This document shows positions 8,241 through 17,375 of a stretch of DNA of 55,626 nucleotides, one piece after another. The notes under the pieces were generated by a model that saw only the letters and a program-made list of their open reading frames with translations, was not told where the DNA came from and did no database searches. Source of the DNA: Planctomycetota bacterium. GTDB lineage: Bacteria; Planctomycetota; Planctomycetia; Planctomycetales; Planctomycetaceae. The first letter of the stretch is position 1, and each line of letters opens with the position of its first letter. The position numbers were made by a program, and so were the translations under genes. The stretch covers positions 1 to 55,626 of the forward strand of contig JAYWFM010000230.1 of assembly GCA_043778825.1 (NCBI GenBank), read 5' to 3'.

Positions 8241-10031
8241 TCACGGAGCAGGGGTCGAACGAACCATCACCTCCGGATGGGCAATCCACCCCAGGAAGTA
8301 CGGCTCCGAGGCATCCTTCTCGCGCAGGGCGATGAAGAACGGTTGATCGAAGACGAACCGCCGGGGTTTGATGGGGTCGAAGGGCGGCGGTTCAGCATCC
8401 CCAAAATCGCCGACGACTCCGAACTCGGCTACGGCAATGACTTCAGCCCCCTTCTCATCGAGACGAAACATGATGGACTCGGTCGCATCTTCGATGTCTC
8501 CCACAAATGGCAATCCCGCGACCGACAGTCCGAGGAGTTCGTGAAACGTCTTCTTCAATCCGAACTCCAGGATCGGGACTTCCAAACGCTCACCGCTATG
8601 GACGCTGGAATGGACCCGGTGACGGTGAGGCGACTTCAACCGTCCCGCCACATCATTCCACATCGTTCGCAATGAAGTGCCCACCTGGGTATGGGCCAGT
8701 ATCACCTGATCGTGCTGAGGGCTGTTCGTGTTGAGGATCAGGATGAAGTCCTCATCACTGATGTAGTCTCCCACAAACAGTTGTTGGATCAGGACCGCGT
8801 CACCCAGCGTTCCCTGGACAGCGGGCTGAAGTCCAAACGACACCACCTCTGCGGTCTGTTTGTCGTGCTTGAACTTCAATGGAGTTGTGAACCGCTCCAG
8901 TTCATCCTCAAACGGCATCGACTTCATGAGACAGGCAAACAAGCGCAGTCGGGGAAGCCCATCATCCGTCGGGGTCTGCAGGGGCACGACCGTCTGGGGG
9001 AACTTTTGCTGAAGTTGGACTTGGAGAGCTTGCGTTTCGGCAGGCGTCCCGTCCGTCGAGACTGCCAGATAAGTCTCGGGGGACAATGCCCCGCGATCAA
9101 ATGGCTCCGCATTCAGCTGACCCACAATTGGCATTACCGGCTTCGTTTGGACCGCACCACCGACTTTGTTGCGGAGCTCGTCCCAGGCGATCTGTGAGGT
9201 CGCACACCAGATCTGGTTCTTCGCAGGATCGAGTGGGACAGAAGCCGCAGCCAAAACATCCGTGCTGGCCATCTCTCCGACATCCTGAGTCTTCCAGGAT
9301 TCGGGTGGTTGAGCGGTTTTGTTCAACTCATCAGGCCAGTCAGAACTGGAGTAAATCGGCTTCCCAGGACTCGGAGTGAGCAAAGACATCAGCGTCCTGT
9401 TCTCGATCTTCGTCGTGAGAAGACGGACTGACCCGTCCATCAAGGCCACGTATAAACCGGTGCGGCCGGGTGATCGGAAGGCTTCGTTCCATTCAGGAAA
9501 GCTGAGGTCGCGAGGTTTCAGCCACGTGACGAGCGGCGGTCCTTCGACCACATGAATCGTGTTCGTTGTCCCATCAGTCGCATCGCGGAAATTGATCGGA
9601 TGCTGAGCGGGCCAGGCCGTTCCAGGTCCAATCACCCCATAGAAGTTCGTCTTTCCCGGCTCGGTCCCCCAGTGCGGAGATTGGAACACCTCGGGGCACT
9701 TCGCGGCCAACTCCCGGTTGTGCGGGCCATCCCACGGCTCATCGAAGCGATACTTCGCTGCCAGTTCCTTCTCTCCCAGATACGGCAGCAGCAGCGTTCG
9801 CCAGCTGTGCCACATCCGGCCATCGGGGCCTTGCACGAACGCCGGGGGAAAGGTCCGGTACTCTTCGTGATACTGGTGCAGGGCCAGTTCGATCTGCTTC
9901 AGATGGTCCTTGGTCGTCTGCTGGGCCACTGTTTGGCGATGCTGCCGAATCCCTTGAAAGAGCAGTGCCCCCACAGGTAACGCCACGACAGCGATCATCA
10001 ACAGCCGCCAAAGTTTCGCTGATCGAGTCAT
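8241..10031 (-). CDS. DUF1559 (H-X9-DG) domain protein with a TM anchor, fused to a divergent serpin-like C-terminal domain
   Basis: The N-terminal part has KDHLKQIELALHQYHEEYRTFPP ... DGTTNTIHVVE ... ALMDGSVRLL, which marks DUF1559. The C-terminal approx. 340 aa shows a serpin-like pattern: LRLFACLMKSMPFEDELERFTTPLKF, a hinge-like DEKGAEVIAVAEFG, and the terminal FVFDQPFFIALREKDASEPYFLGWIAHPE. ATG 10031 has a GGAGAG RBS. Confidence 0.7.
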   Translation of the reverse strand: MTRSAKLWRLLMIAVVALPVGALLFQGIRQHRQTVAQQTTKDHLKQIELALHQYHEEYRTFPPAFVQGPDGRMWHSWRTLLLPYLGEKELAAKYRFDEPWDGPHNRELAAKCPEVFQSPHWGTEPGKTNFYGVIGPGTAWPAQHPINFRDATDGTTNTIHVVEGPPLVTWLKPRDLSFPEWNEAFRSPGRTGLYVALMDGSVRLLTTKIENRTLMSLLTPSPGKPIYSSSDWPDELNKTAQPPESWKTQDVGEMASTDVLAAASVPLDPAKNQIWCATSQIAWDELRNKVGGAVQTKPVMPIVGQLNAEPFDRGALSPETYLAVSTDGTPAETQALQVQLQQKFPQTVVPLQTPTDDGLPRLRLFACLMKSMPFEDELERFTTPLKFKHDKQTAEVVSFGLQPAVQGTLGDAVLIQQLFVGDYISDEDFILILNTNSPQHDQVILAHTQVGTSLRTMWNDVAGRLKSPHRHRVHSSVHSGERLEVPILEFGLKKTFHELLGLSVAGLPFVGDIEDATESIMFRLDEKGAEVIAVAEFGVVGDFGDAEPPPFDPIKPRRFVFDQPFFIALREKDASEPYFLGWIAHPEVMVRSTPAP

Positions 10032-10146
10032 GGTCTCTCCACCTGTGTCGCAGTGAGCCGGGTCTGCGATCCGGGTCATGAGAGTGGATACGCCGTTCCT
10101 TCAGCGAGTGTTGGAACCGAGAATGACGTTTTCCAGAGAAGACGAA

Positions 10147-10213
10147 GTAGCGTGGGCTTTAGCCCACGCATCCTGGAAGATAACGCTCCCGCGTGGGCTA
10201 AAGCCCACGCTAC
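10147..10213. repeat. Class A REP-like double hairpin, copy 2 (intergenic, 67 bp)
   Basis: GTAGCGTGGGCTTTAGCCCACGC...GCGTGGGCTAAAGCCCACGCTAC. Confidence 0.9.
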
Positions 10214-10255
10214 AGGGACTATTGTTGGACACCTCATGATTCAATTTGGCGAGTC

Positions 10256-11734
10256 TCACGCCAACACCCCCTGGATCAACTCCCCATGCACGTTCGTCAG
10301 CCGGCGTTGAATCCCGTTGTGGTAGAAGGTCAGCTTGGTGTGATCGATCCCCAGCAGGTGCAGGACCGTGGCGTGGAAGTCGTGCCAGTGCACGCGGTTC
10401 TCGGCGGCCTTCCAGCCGATGTCATCGGTCGAGCCGTAGGCCAGGCCGTGCTTCAGCCCGGCACCGGCCAGCCACGTCGAGAAGCCGTACTGGTTGTGGT
10501 CGCGACCGATGCCCAGCACATCGGAACCCGACTGCGTGAACGGGGTGCGACCGAACTCGCTGGTGAAGAGGAGTAGTGTGTCTTCGAGCATCCCGCGCTG
10601 ACGCAGGTCGCGGATCAGCCCGGCCAGCGGCTTGTCGATGCGAAGAGCCTCCTGGCCGTGGTTCTTCTTCATGTCCTCGTGGCCGTCCCAGTTGATGCGC
10701 GGCGAGCCGAACGCTCCGCCGGAGTAGAGCTGGACGAACCGCACGCCCTTCTCCAAGAGCCGCCGCGCCAGCAAACACGAACGCCCGAAATCGCGAGTCT
10801 CGTCCTGGTCGAGGCCGTACTGCTGGTGGATCGCCTCCGTCTCGCCCGCGAGGTCAGTCACCTCCGGCACAGCCAGTTGCATCCGCGCCGCGAGTTCATA
10901 ACTCCGAATGCGGGCCGAGAAGGCGTCCTCCGCTCCGTGCCGCTCCAGGTGCTGGCGGTTCATCCGGTCGAGCAACTCGCGCGAGGCGACATCGGTCCCC
11001 GCTGCGATGGGCCGCGCGGGGACGAGGTCGTCGACGGCCTTTCCCTGGCTGCGGAGGATGACCCCCTGATGACGAGCGGGGAGGAACCCGTTGGTCCAGT
11101 TGATCGACCCACCCGCGGGCAGTCCGCGCGGGTCGGGGATCACGACATACGCCGGCAGGTCTTCGGTCTCGGCCCCCATCCCATACGAGAGCCACGCCCC
11201 CGCCGTCGGGAACCCGTTGAGCCGGAACCCGCTGTTCTCCTGGAACGTCGCCGGGGTGTGGTTCGAGGTCTCCGCGAACATCGAGCGGATCACCGTCAAC
11301 TCGTCCGCCACCCCGCCCAGATGCGGGAACAGCTCCGACACCCACAGCCCCGACTGACCGCGCTGCTTGAACTCCCAATCGCTTTGCCGCAACAGTCCGA
11401 TCTGACCGAAGAAGACATCCGCCGACTCGATGCCGCCGAACTTCTTGCCGTGATACTGGGCCAGTTCCGGCTTGTAGTCGAAGCTGTCGACCTGGCTCAG
11501 GCCGCCGAACAGGTTGATGTGGATGGCCCGCTTGGCCTTTGCCGGATGATGCGGCCAGGGGACAGAGGCTTCCGGAGGAGTCCCCCCTGCTCTCGCAACA
11601 TCGGGACAGATCAGCGCCGCGAGCGCTGCCCCGCCGATCCCGTGGCCGACCCAATCCATGAACTCGCGACGCCCCAAGAGCGGCTGGCGTAAGCCTGCCG
11701 AGGCGTTCGATGCAGTCTCGGTGCGGTGGCTCAA
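10256..11734 (-). CDS. DUF1501 domain protein (sulfatase-like fold) with a Tat-type signal
   Basis: It has the twin-arginine leader GRREFMDWVGHGIGGAALAAL and the conserved DUF1501 blocks LFGGLSQVDSFDYKP, FTSEFGRTP and GRDHN. A TTG start at 11734 is needed to retain the RR motif. Confidence 0.88.
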   Translation of the reverse strand: MSHRTETASNASAGLRQPLLGRREFMDWVGHGIGGAALAALICPDVARAGGTPPEASVPWPHHPAKAKRAIHINLFGGLSQVDSFDYKPELAQYHGKKFGGIESADVFFGQIGLLRQSDWEFKQRGQSGLWVSELFPHLGGVADELTVIRSMFAETSNHTPATFQENSGFRLNGFPTAGAWLSYGMGAETEDLPAYVVIPDPRGLPAGGSINWTNGFLPARHQGVILRSQGKAVDDLVPARPIAAGTDVASRELLDRMNRQHLERHGAEDAFSARIRSYELAARMQLAVPEVTDLAGETEAIHQQYGLDQDETRDFGRSCLLARRLLEKGVRFVQLYSGGAFGSPRINWDGHEDMKKNHGQEALRIDKPLAGLIRDLRQRGMLEDTLLLFTSEFGRTPFTQSGSDVLGIGRDHNQYGFSTWLAGAGLKHGLAYGSTDDIGWKAAENRVHWHDFHATVLHLLGIDHTKLTFYHNGIQRRLTNVHGELIQGVLA

Positions 11735-11867
11735 AACGGACTCTCCCCACGAGCGGACGACCCAGCGCCGACCTGGGGGGCATCATATCAACGGCAGCGA
11801 GTCCGTGGCAGCGGAGGGGTAACTGCTGCCCGTGGGTTCGCACTATCACTCGGTCAAGGCTTGATTT

Positions 11868-11929
11868 GGGGGTTGGAGTCCAGCCTTTAGGCTGCTCCGG
11901 AGCAGGCTAAAGCCTGAACTCCAACCCCC
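11868..11929. repeat. Class D palindromic element (GGTTGGAGTCCAGCCTTTAGGCTGCTCCGGAGCAGGCTAAAGCCTGAACTCCAACC), copy 1
   Basis: Copies lie at 29253 (half element), 44571 and 54926. Confidence 0.88.
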
Positions 11930-11950
11930 ATTCTGAGTCCTGACAAGGCA

Positions 11951-12982
11951 TTACGGAGCCGGAACGGGGTCCGGGGCCACTGGTGTCGGAGCGGCTTCCG
12001 TCGGCAGCAATGCCGGAGCGGGAGCCACCCTGACCGGTGCGGATGTCGGTGCGGCGGCGGCAGGGGCCACAGATGGCCTCTGGGCCTGGCTCGCGTCCCA
12101 ACCCGCATCGATCGACAACAGCTTGAGTGCCGATTGCACACTGCTCAGATGGCTCGTCGCCGAAGCCGATCCCCCACCGGTCGGCTTCCAGCTTTCAATG
12201 ATGGGGGCTGCCTGGGCCACGATCGCATTCATGTCCGAGAGCGCGGACAGCAACGCCGCCGAGTCAGCAGCACCATCCGGGTGGGCGAGCTGCTGTGCGC
12301 GGCCGATGACCGAATAGGTATCGCGGTACACTTCGTTGAATTGCGGGTTGTCCCGATAGGAATCCGACAGTGCGATGCACAACTGATTCGTACGCTCGGC
12401 GACCGCGCCAGCCAACTCGGGGATGTGAGCCCGCCCCCCCAAGCTGACGCCGGGGAGGTTGGTCCGCTGTCCATTGTCTTGTGGCGCAATCGAGATGCGG
12501 TTTGTCGACTGGACACTTGGGGATTGATAGATGATTGAGGAGGATGAGTACACCGGGGAGGATGTCACATAGCGCGGGGTCACGTACACCGGTGTGACCA
12601 CTTGAGGGGTCACGTACCGGGGCGTGACGTAGACACTGGTTCCGCCGTAGCCATAGCCCGACCCGTAGTTCGAATAGCCGTACGAGGGGTACGAATTGTA
12701 GTAGCTGTTCCCATACAGGGAGTTCCCGTAGCCATTTCCGTAGCCGCCGTAGCCATTTCCATAGCCACCGTAGCCACCATAGCCACCGTAGCCACCGCTG
12801 CCGAAGCTCAATCGGAACCCACCGCCGCCAAAGGAGCCCCCGCCCCCGCCGTGGTGATGATGATGGGAGGAGCCGCCGGAGCCGCCGCCATGATGATGCT
12901 GGGCGAACAGAGGTTGGACCGCACCACCCACCAACACCAGAACCAACGCGAGGCCACCGGATTTGAGGAACCGAGTCAACAT
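11951..12982 (-). CDS. Secreted low-complexity protein: His-rich, Gly/Tyr-rich and YVTP-repeat N-half, with an unknown structured C-half and a Pro/Ala tail
   Basis: A signal peptide (MLTRFLKSGGLALVLVLVGGAVQPLFA) is followed by HHHGGGSGGSSHHHHHGGGGG, (GYG)n/NGYG runs and VYVTPRYVTPQVVTPVYVTPRYVT. The start is placed at the ATG giving the signal peptide. Confidence 0.7.
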   Translation of the reverse strand: MLTRFLKSGGLALVLVLVGGAVQPLFAQHHHGGGSGGSSHHHHHGGGGGSFGGGGFRLSFGSGGYGGYGGYGGYGNGYGGYGNGYGNSLYGNSYYNSYPSYGYSNYGSGYGYGGTSVYVTPRYVTPQVVTPVYVTPRYVTSSPVYSSSSIIYQSPSVQSTNRISIAPQDNGQRTNLPGVSLGGRAHIPELAGAVAERTNQLCIALSDSYRDNPQFNEVYRDTYSVIGRAQQLAHPDGAADSAALLSALSDMNAIVAQAAPIIESWKPTGGGSASATSHLSSVQSALKLLSIDAGWDASQAQRPSVAPAAAAPTSAPVRVAPAPALLPTEAAPTPVAPDPVPAP

Positions 12983-13142
12983 GAGAAACTCCCGAAAGGC
13001 CCACTGTGCCCAGGCGAAGAATGCCGCACTGACCACACCGACTTGACCGGGACATTCTACCCCTGCCGGTCAGGGACAGCGAGAGGAGATCGGTTTTCCG
13101 AAATGCTAGAACGCCCGCTTGAGCGAGCGTCCCTCGTTCTGG

Positions 13143-13168
13143 CGTAGAACGGAATTCATTCCGTTCTC
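13143..13168. repeat. Class E REP-like hairpin (GTAG-AACGGAAT-TC-ATTCCGTT-C), monomer
   Basis: Related dimers lie at 36775-36836 and 38111-38169. Confidence 0.8.
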
Positions 13169-13211
13169 TTCACGCCCCAGCGGTCGGTCGGTCCCGGATC
13201 AGTCGGGAGCC

Positions 13212-16200
13212 TCACTCCTCGTTCGTCATCTCCCGTCCGCGAATCTCGCGGAACTGCGGGCTGCGGACGATGGCTTCGAGGGCGAGGCCGACGCGGTGGT
13301 CGTTCTGGCTGAGTTGCTTTTGCATCTCGGCCAGCAGCGGCTCGTCCGACAAGAGCACCGCGCGGCCCAGCGAATACCCGAGCAGCTTCTTGGTGAACTG
13401 CCGGACGAAGGCCTCGCGGCGGGTCGTGCCGAGGTAGTGCTTCAATTCATCTAACCCGGCAATCGGGGTCCCATCGAACAGGACCGTCTTCGTATCGATC
13501 GGCAAACCCGCAGCATCCTGTATCCGCAGCCGCCCGATGGCATCGAACCCTTCCAGGGCGTACCCGAACGGGTCGATGCGCAGATGGCACTTCGCACACG
13601 CCGGATCGCTGCTGTGGCGGTGGGTCATCTGGCGTTCGGTCAGCCCCTCGGTGACGGTTTCGCCCAGGACCGGGACGTTCTTCGGTGGCTTGGGGAGCTT
13701 CTCACCCAGCATCACCTCGCTGAGCCATGTCCCGCGCAGGATCGGGCTCGTCCGCGAGGCACCCGACTGCTTCGACATTGTCGTGGCCAGCGACAGGATG
13801 CTGCCGCGGGCGTGCTGGCGGACCCCCTCCACACGCCGCCACTGCGGGCCAGTCACGCCGGGGATGTTGTAGTGCTGGGCCAAGTCCTCATTGAGGAACG
13901 TCGCGTCCCCATCGACCAGTGACAGCAGCGACCGATCATTCTGAAACAGATCAGTCAGCACCAGCAGCGACTCCTCATACATCGCCCCGCGCAAGGCATT
14001 GAACGTCGGGAAGTGCCGCTCACTCTTCTCGTTGTGATTCTCGAAATCATGGATGTGCAGCCAGTGCGCCCCGAACTCCGTCGCCAACCGGCGGGCCTTC
14101 GCATCCTCCCGCATGCGCTTCGCCTGAGCCGCCAGCGTGTCGGGATCGCGCAGCTTCCCGGCTGCGGCCAGGGACAGCAGTTCCGCATCCGGCCCCGTCG
14201 ACCAGAGAAAGTAACTGAGCCGGCTGGCGAGTTCGGAGTCGCTGACCGGAGCGGCCTGGGTGCCGGGGCCGGGGGTCTCGATGTGGTACAGGAAGGCTGG
14301 CGAGATCAGCACCTTCGCGAGGGTGAGATGCAGCGCCTCGTCGTGGCTGAGTTCCTCCGACCGCAAGACGGCATAGAGCGACCGCAGCTCGCTGGCCTCA
14401 TCGCCGAGGAGCGGTCGACGATACGCCTTCGCGGCGAAGTCGATGACGGCCTCGAGTTGCTGCGGCTCGTTGTCGATGAGTCGCTGGCGGAAGGCATCGG
14501 CGTTGTCCTTCACCGGCTTCCGCAGCGGGTCGAACTTCGGCAGCATGTCGGGCCGGTCCTGGGTCGCGAACTGATACAGTTGGGTGAAGGCAGTGACCAT
14601 CTCCAGAGGTTCTTGAGCGACGTAGAAGTGCTCGTCCCACATCGTGTCGAGTGCGGCGGACTGCTCATCCGTCAGCATCAGCCGCCGCAGTTGGTCGTCC
14701 TCGCGGTAGTACAGCAGCAGCGTCACCACCTCGTCAACGGGGACGATTTGCGTATAGCAGAGTGTCGGCGGGAAGAGGTTGCGGAAGTCATTGAAGGCGG
14801 CTTCGATCCGCTGGCGAGCGGGGCTGCCGTCGTTCGTAATGAACGGCGTGGCGGTGGGGAAAGCGGTCGAGGCGGGACCGGTTTGGACGGCCAGTCGCAC
14901 GGAGCCGTCGCGTCCGGTCTCGGGGTGCAGGAAGCCCGACACCACGAACTCCGACCCGGCCACGAGTTCCGCCGGGAGTCGCATCTCGATCACGTCGGGA
15001 GCATGCACGCACAAGCTCGCCGGTTCGGTCGCGCGGCCATCGGGGCACTGGCCGAACCGAGCTTGAGGCAGGCCCCACTTCGACTCGTGGGCTGTGTGGG
15101 AGTCAGCGGATTTGTTTGCCACCGCACTGAACACCGCGGCCATGAACGGGCCGCTGATCGACCGGAGTTGCTGTGAGAGAACCGCCTCGGGGGAGTCCTT
15201 GGCGAGTGAGGCCGGGTCGCCTTGCAGGACGCGCTGGACCTCACCGGCGAGGCGTTGCTTCTCGGCGGGATCGCTGGCGGCCTGCCACTTGGCCAGGACT
15301 GACCCTTCGGGGATCACGTGCCCTGCCCCGCTGCCATTCGCGGGTTCGGAGAAAAAGTGCCATACCTCTTTGTTCCCCTGCGAGTCGGCGTGCGGGTTCC
15401 CGGCCAGGATGTCCGGCGAGACATCCTTCCACAGGTTCCACTCCGTCGTTCCATCGCTCAGCGTCAGGTCGATCGAGGTCAGGTCGCACGAGTGGTTGTT
15501 CTCCTTGGGGCTGATGATGAGGGCAATCACATCGCCGGGCCGCACCGCGACGGTCTCCAAAGGAACCACATGCACCGGGGTGGCTCTCTGGCTCTCCCCG
15601 GAATCTAGCCGTTGCTTCGTGTTCCCGCGTCGCAACTCCAGTGAGTACGCGACACCGTTCCCACATTCCGGGTGAGCATGCTGCACCAAGGCGCTGATCC
15701 TCAGCGCCGCTGCCACCGGACTCCGCCAGCCAACGGCCACCGAGATCGTCGGGGCCGGGTGAACCACGACACTGTGCGGCTTGACGTTGCCGGGAACGCG
15801 GACGTGCTGGTCGGACGAATTCGCAACCACGCTGAGGGCGTCATCGCCGACCCAGCCCTTGATGAAGTCATACGCTTCGGCCTTCTCTTGCTTGCGGGTG
15901 ATCGGCGTTCCAATCGTCGCCGGTCCGCCGGTGCCGATGCCCAGGTACTCCAACCATGCGGCCAGTGAATCGGCGTCGACGCCATGCTTCTTGGCCAAAG
16001 GTTCGAGTTCAATCGTCGCTGTCGACTGCCCCGCTTCGGCAGCAGCGGCGAGGCACTGGGCCGCTTGAGCGAAGTGGCGCTCGCGGCTCTGGGCGAGTTC
16101 ATCGGCGACCCGACCCACATCCTTGAGCAGCAAGTCCGGCCGCCCTTGGGCCACAAACCTCGGTCGCTCCCACAGCACGTCATCGCCCGTATTCCCGTCC

Positions 16201-17375
16201 CCGGCATCATCCGACTTCAACGAGAGGACCACCTCACCGGTCGCATTGGCGGGAAGCTTCACACGAAACTCCTGCCGCGCGATCAGCGGACTGACCGGGA
16301 CCAGCCACGCCTTGATCTCCGGTTGCAGGCCGATCTGGCCGACCGAGTTGAACTTGAACAGCGCCGCCTGCCACGGGGTGATGAGTTCCAACAGCTGCGG
16401 CAGATCGTTCGGCTGGGCAGTCTTCCACTTCGCCCGCAATGGATCAAGCAGCAGGCTCGGCTCCCCTCTCCCCCCGGGAGAGGGGCTGGGGGTGAGGGCG
16501 AGCATGTCCCACACTGTCCGCAAATACTTCGGACTCAACCCCCGAGCCTCCGCCACCGCTTCCATCGTCTTGCCGCCCGACGCGAGCGCCTCGCGTTCCT
16601 CAATCGTCGCCAACAGATACCGCTCCACCGGCAACCGACCTCCGCGATTGGTATTGAACTGCACCCCTTGCAGATTCACCGCCGCCCCACCGCCATCGCC
16701 ACTGTAGCGACTATACAACCCACGAATCTTGGCCAGCGATTCGTTGGTCCAATCCCGCCGGGAGTTGTACGGCGAGAACCGCATCCCGTCCGGCAGGAGT
16801 ACCGCATGCGACGCGACCTCCTTGGCCGCGTCGAGGTACTTCGTCAGCAAGGCCGGTGACATCACCAGCGAGTTCCCCACATTCGTGAACCCTTCCCCCG
16901 AAGCACTATCCACCGGGAACTCCTTGGCCGGGTCAAGCGTCGCGATCCCGGTCAAATCCCGCAGCGTATACGTGTACTCGGCATTACTCAGCCGCCGGAG
17001 TACCACCGGACCCGGATCGCCCGCATGGGCAGCCGCCTCGATGGTGAGGTGCCGCTTGACCCATGCTTGCAGCGTGGCCCGCTCGGCTGCGGTCGGTTGC
17101 TTCGAGTCTGGCGGGGGCATCTGCTCACTGCTGAGCATCTCGCCAATCTTCTGCCAGACCTTGGTGTGTTTGCGGACCTGGGTGAGGTCGGTGAACGCCG
17201 CGAGGTCGATTTCCGCTTCGAGCGTGTCGCCGGAGTGACACTCGTAGCAGTACTGCTTGAGGAGCGGTTGCACGTCGGACTTGTACGAGTCGTTGAGCTG
17301 TGCCGAGTCCTCGGCCCGCGTGAGCGAGGTGAAGAGCAGTAGCAACAGGCACGCGAGTACGTGGGACGGGCACAT
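13212..17375 (-). CDS. Giant planctomycete cytochrome-c-motif protein (PSCyt / DUF1587-DUF1592-DUF1595-DUF1588-DUF1585 architecture)
   Basis: A signal peptide (MCPSHVLACLLLLLFTSLTRA) is followed by the CxxCH motif YCYECHSG, SPAFLYHIE (DUF1592-like), RTSPILRGTWLSEVMLG and CAKCHLRIDPFGYALEGFDAIGR (DUF1588/1585-like). The ORF extends to 17627, but only through repeat DNA. Confidence 0.85.
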   Translation of the reverse strand: MCPSHVLACLLLLLFTSLTRAEDSAQLNDSYKSDVQPLLKQYCYECHSGDTLEAEIDLAAFTDLTQVRKHTKVWQKIGEMLSSEQMPPPDSKQPTAAERATLQAWVKRHLTIEAAAHAGDPGPVVLRRLSNAEYTYTLRDLTGIATLDPAKEFPVDSASGEGFTNVGNSLVMSPALLTKYLDAAKEVASHAVLLPDGMRFSPYNSRRDWTNESLAKIRGLYSRYSGDGGGAAVNLQGVQFNTNRGGRLPVERYLLATIEEREALASGGKTMEAVAEARGLSPKYLRTVWDMLALTPSPSPGGRGEPSLLLDPLRAKWKTAQPNDLPQLLELITPWQAALFKFNSVGQIGLQPEIKAWLVPVSPLIARQEFRVKLPANATGEVVLSLKSDDAGDGNTGDDVLWERPRFVAQGRPDLLLKDVGRVADELAQSRERHFAQAAQCLAAAAEAGQSTATIELEPLAKKHGVDADSLAAWLEYLGIGTGGPATIGTPITRKQEKAEAYDFIKGWVGDDALSVVANSSDQHVRVPGNVKPHSVVVHPAPTISVAVGWRSPVAAALRISALVQHAHPECGNGVAYSLELRRGNTKQRLDSGESQRATPVHVVPLETVAVRPGDVIALIISPKENNHSCDLTSIDLTLSDGTTEWNLWKDVSPDILAGNPHADSQGNKEVWHFFSEPANGSGAGHVIPEGSVLAKWQAASDPAEKQRLAGEVQRVLQGDPASLAKDSPEAVLSQQLRSISGPFMAAVFSAVANKSADSHTAHESKWGLPQARFGQCPDGRATEPASLCVHAPDVIEMRLPAELVAGSEFVVSGFLHPETGRDGSVRLAVQTGPASTAFPTATPFITNDGSPARQRIEAAFNDFRNLFPPTLCYTQIVPVDEVVTLLLYYREDDQLRRLMLTDEQSAALDTMWDEHFYVAQEPLEMVTAFTQLYQFATQDRPDMLPKFDPLRKPVKDNADAFRQRLIDNEPQQLEAVIDFAAKAYRRPLLGDEASELRSLYAVLRSEELSHDEALHLTLAKVLISPAFLYHIETPGPGTQAAPVSDSELASRLSYFLWSTGPDAELLSLAAAGKLRDPDTLAAQAKRMREDAKARRLATEFGAHWLHIHDFENHNEKSERHFPTFNALRGAMYEESLLVLTDLFQNDRSLLSLVDGDATFLNEDLAQHYNIPGVTGPQWRRVEGVRQHARGSILSLATTMSKQSGASRTSPILRGTWLSEVMLGEKLPKPPKNVPVLGETVTEGLTERQMTHRHSSDPACAKCHLRIDPFGYALEGFDAIGRLRIQDAAGLPIDTKTVLFDGTPIAGLDELKHYLGTTRREAFVRQFTKKLLGYSLGRAVLLSDEPLLAEMQKQLSQNDHRVGLALEAIVRSPQFREIRGREMTNEE

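Noticed and set aside
12264-13147. Alternative-frame ORFs (12264-13055 minus and 12602-13147 plus) across the Gly/Tyr-rich gene.
   Set aside because: Low-complexity GC-rich DNA is open in several frames. Only the 11951-12982 frame yields a signal peptide and a coherent domain layout.
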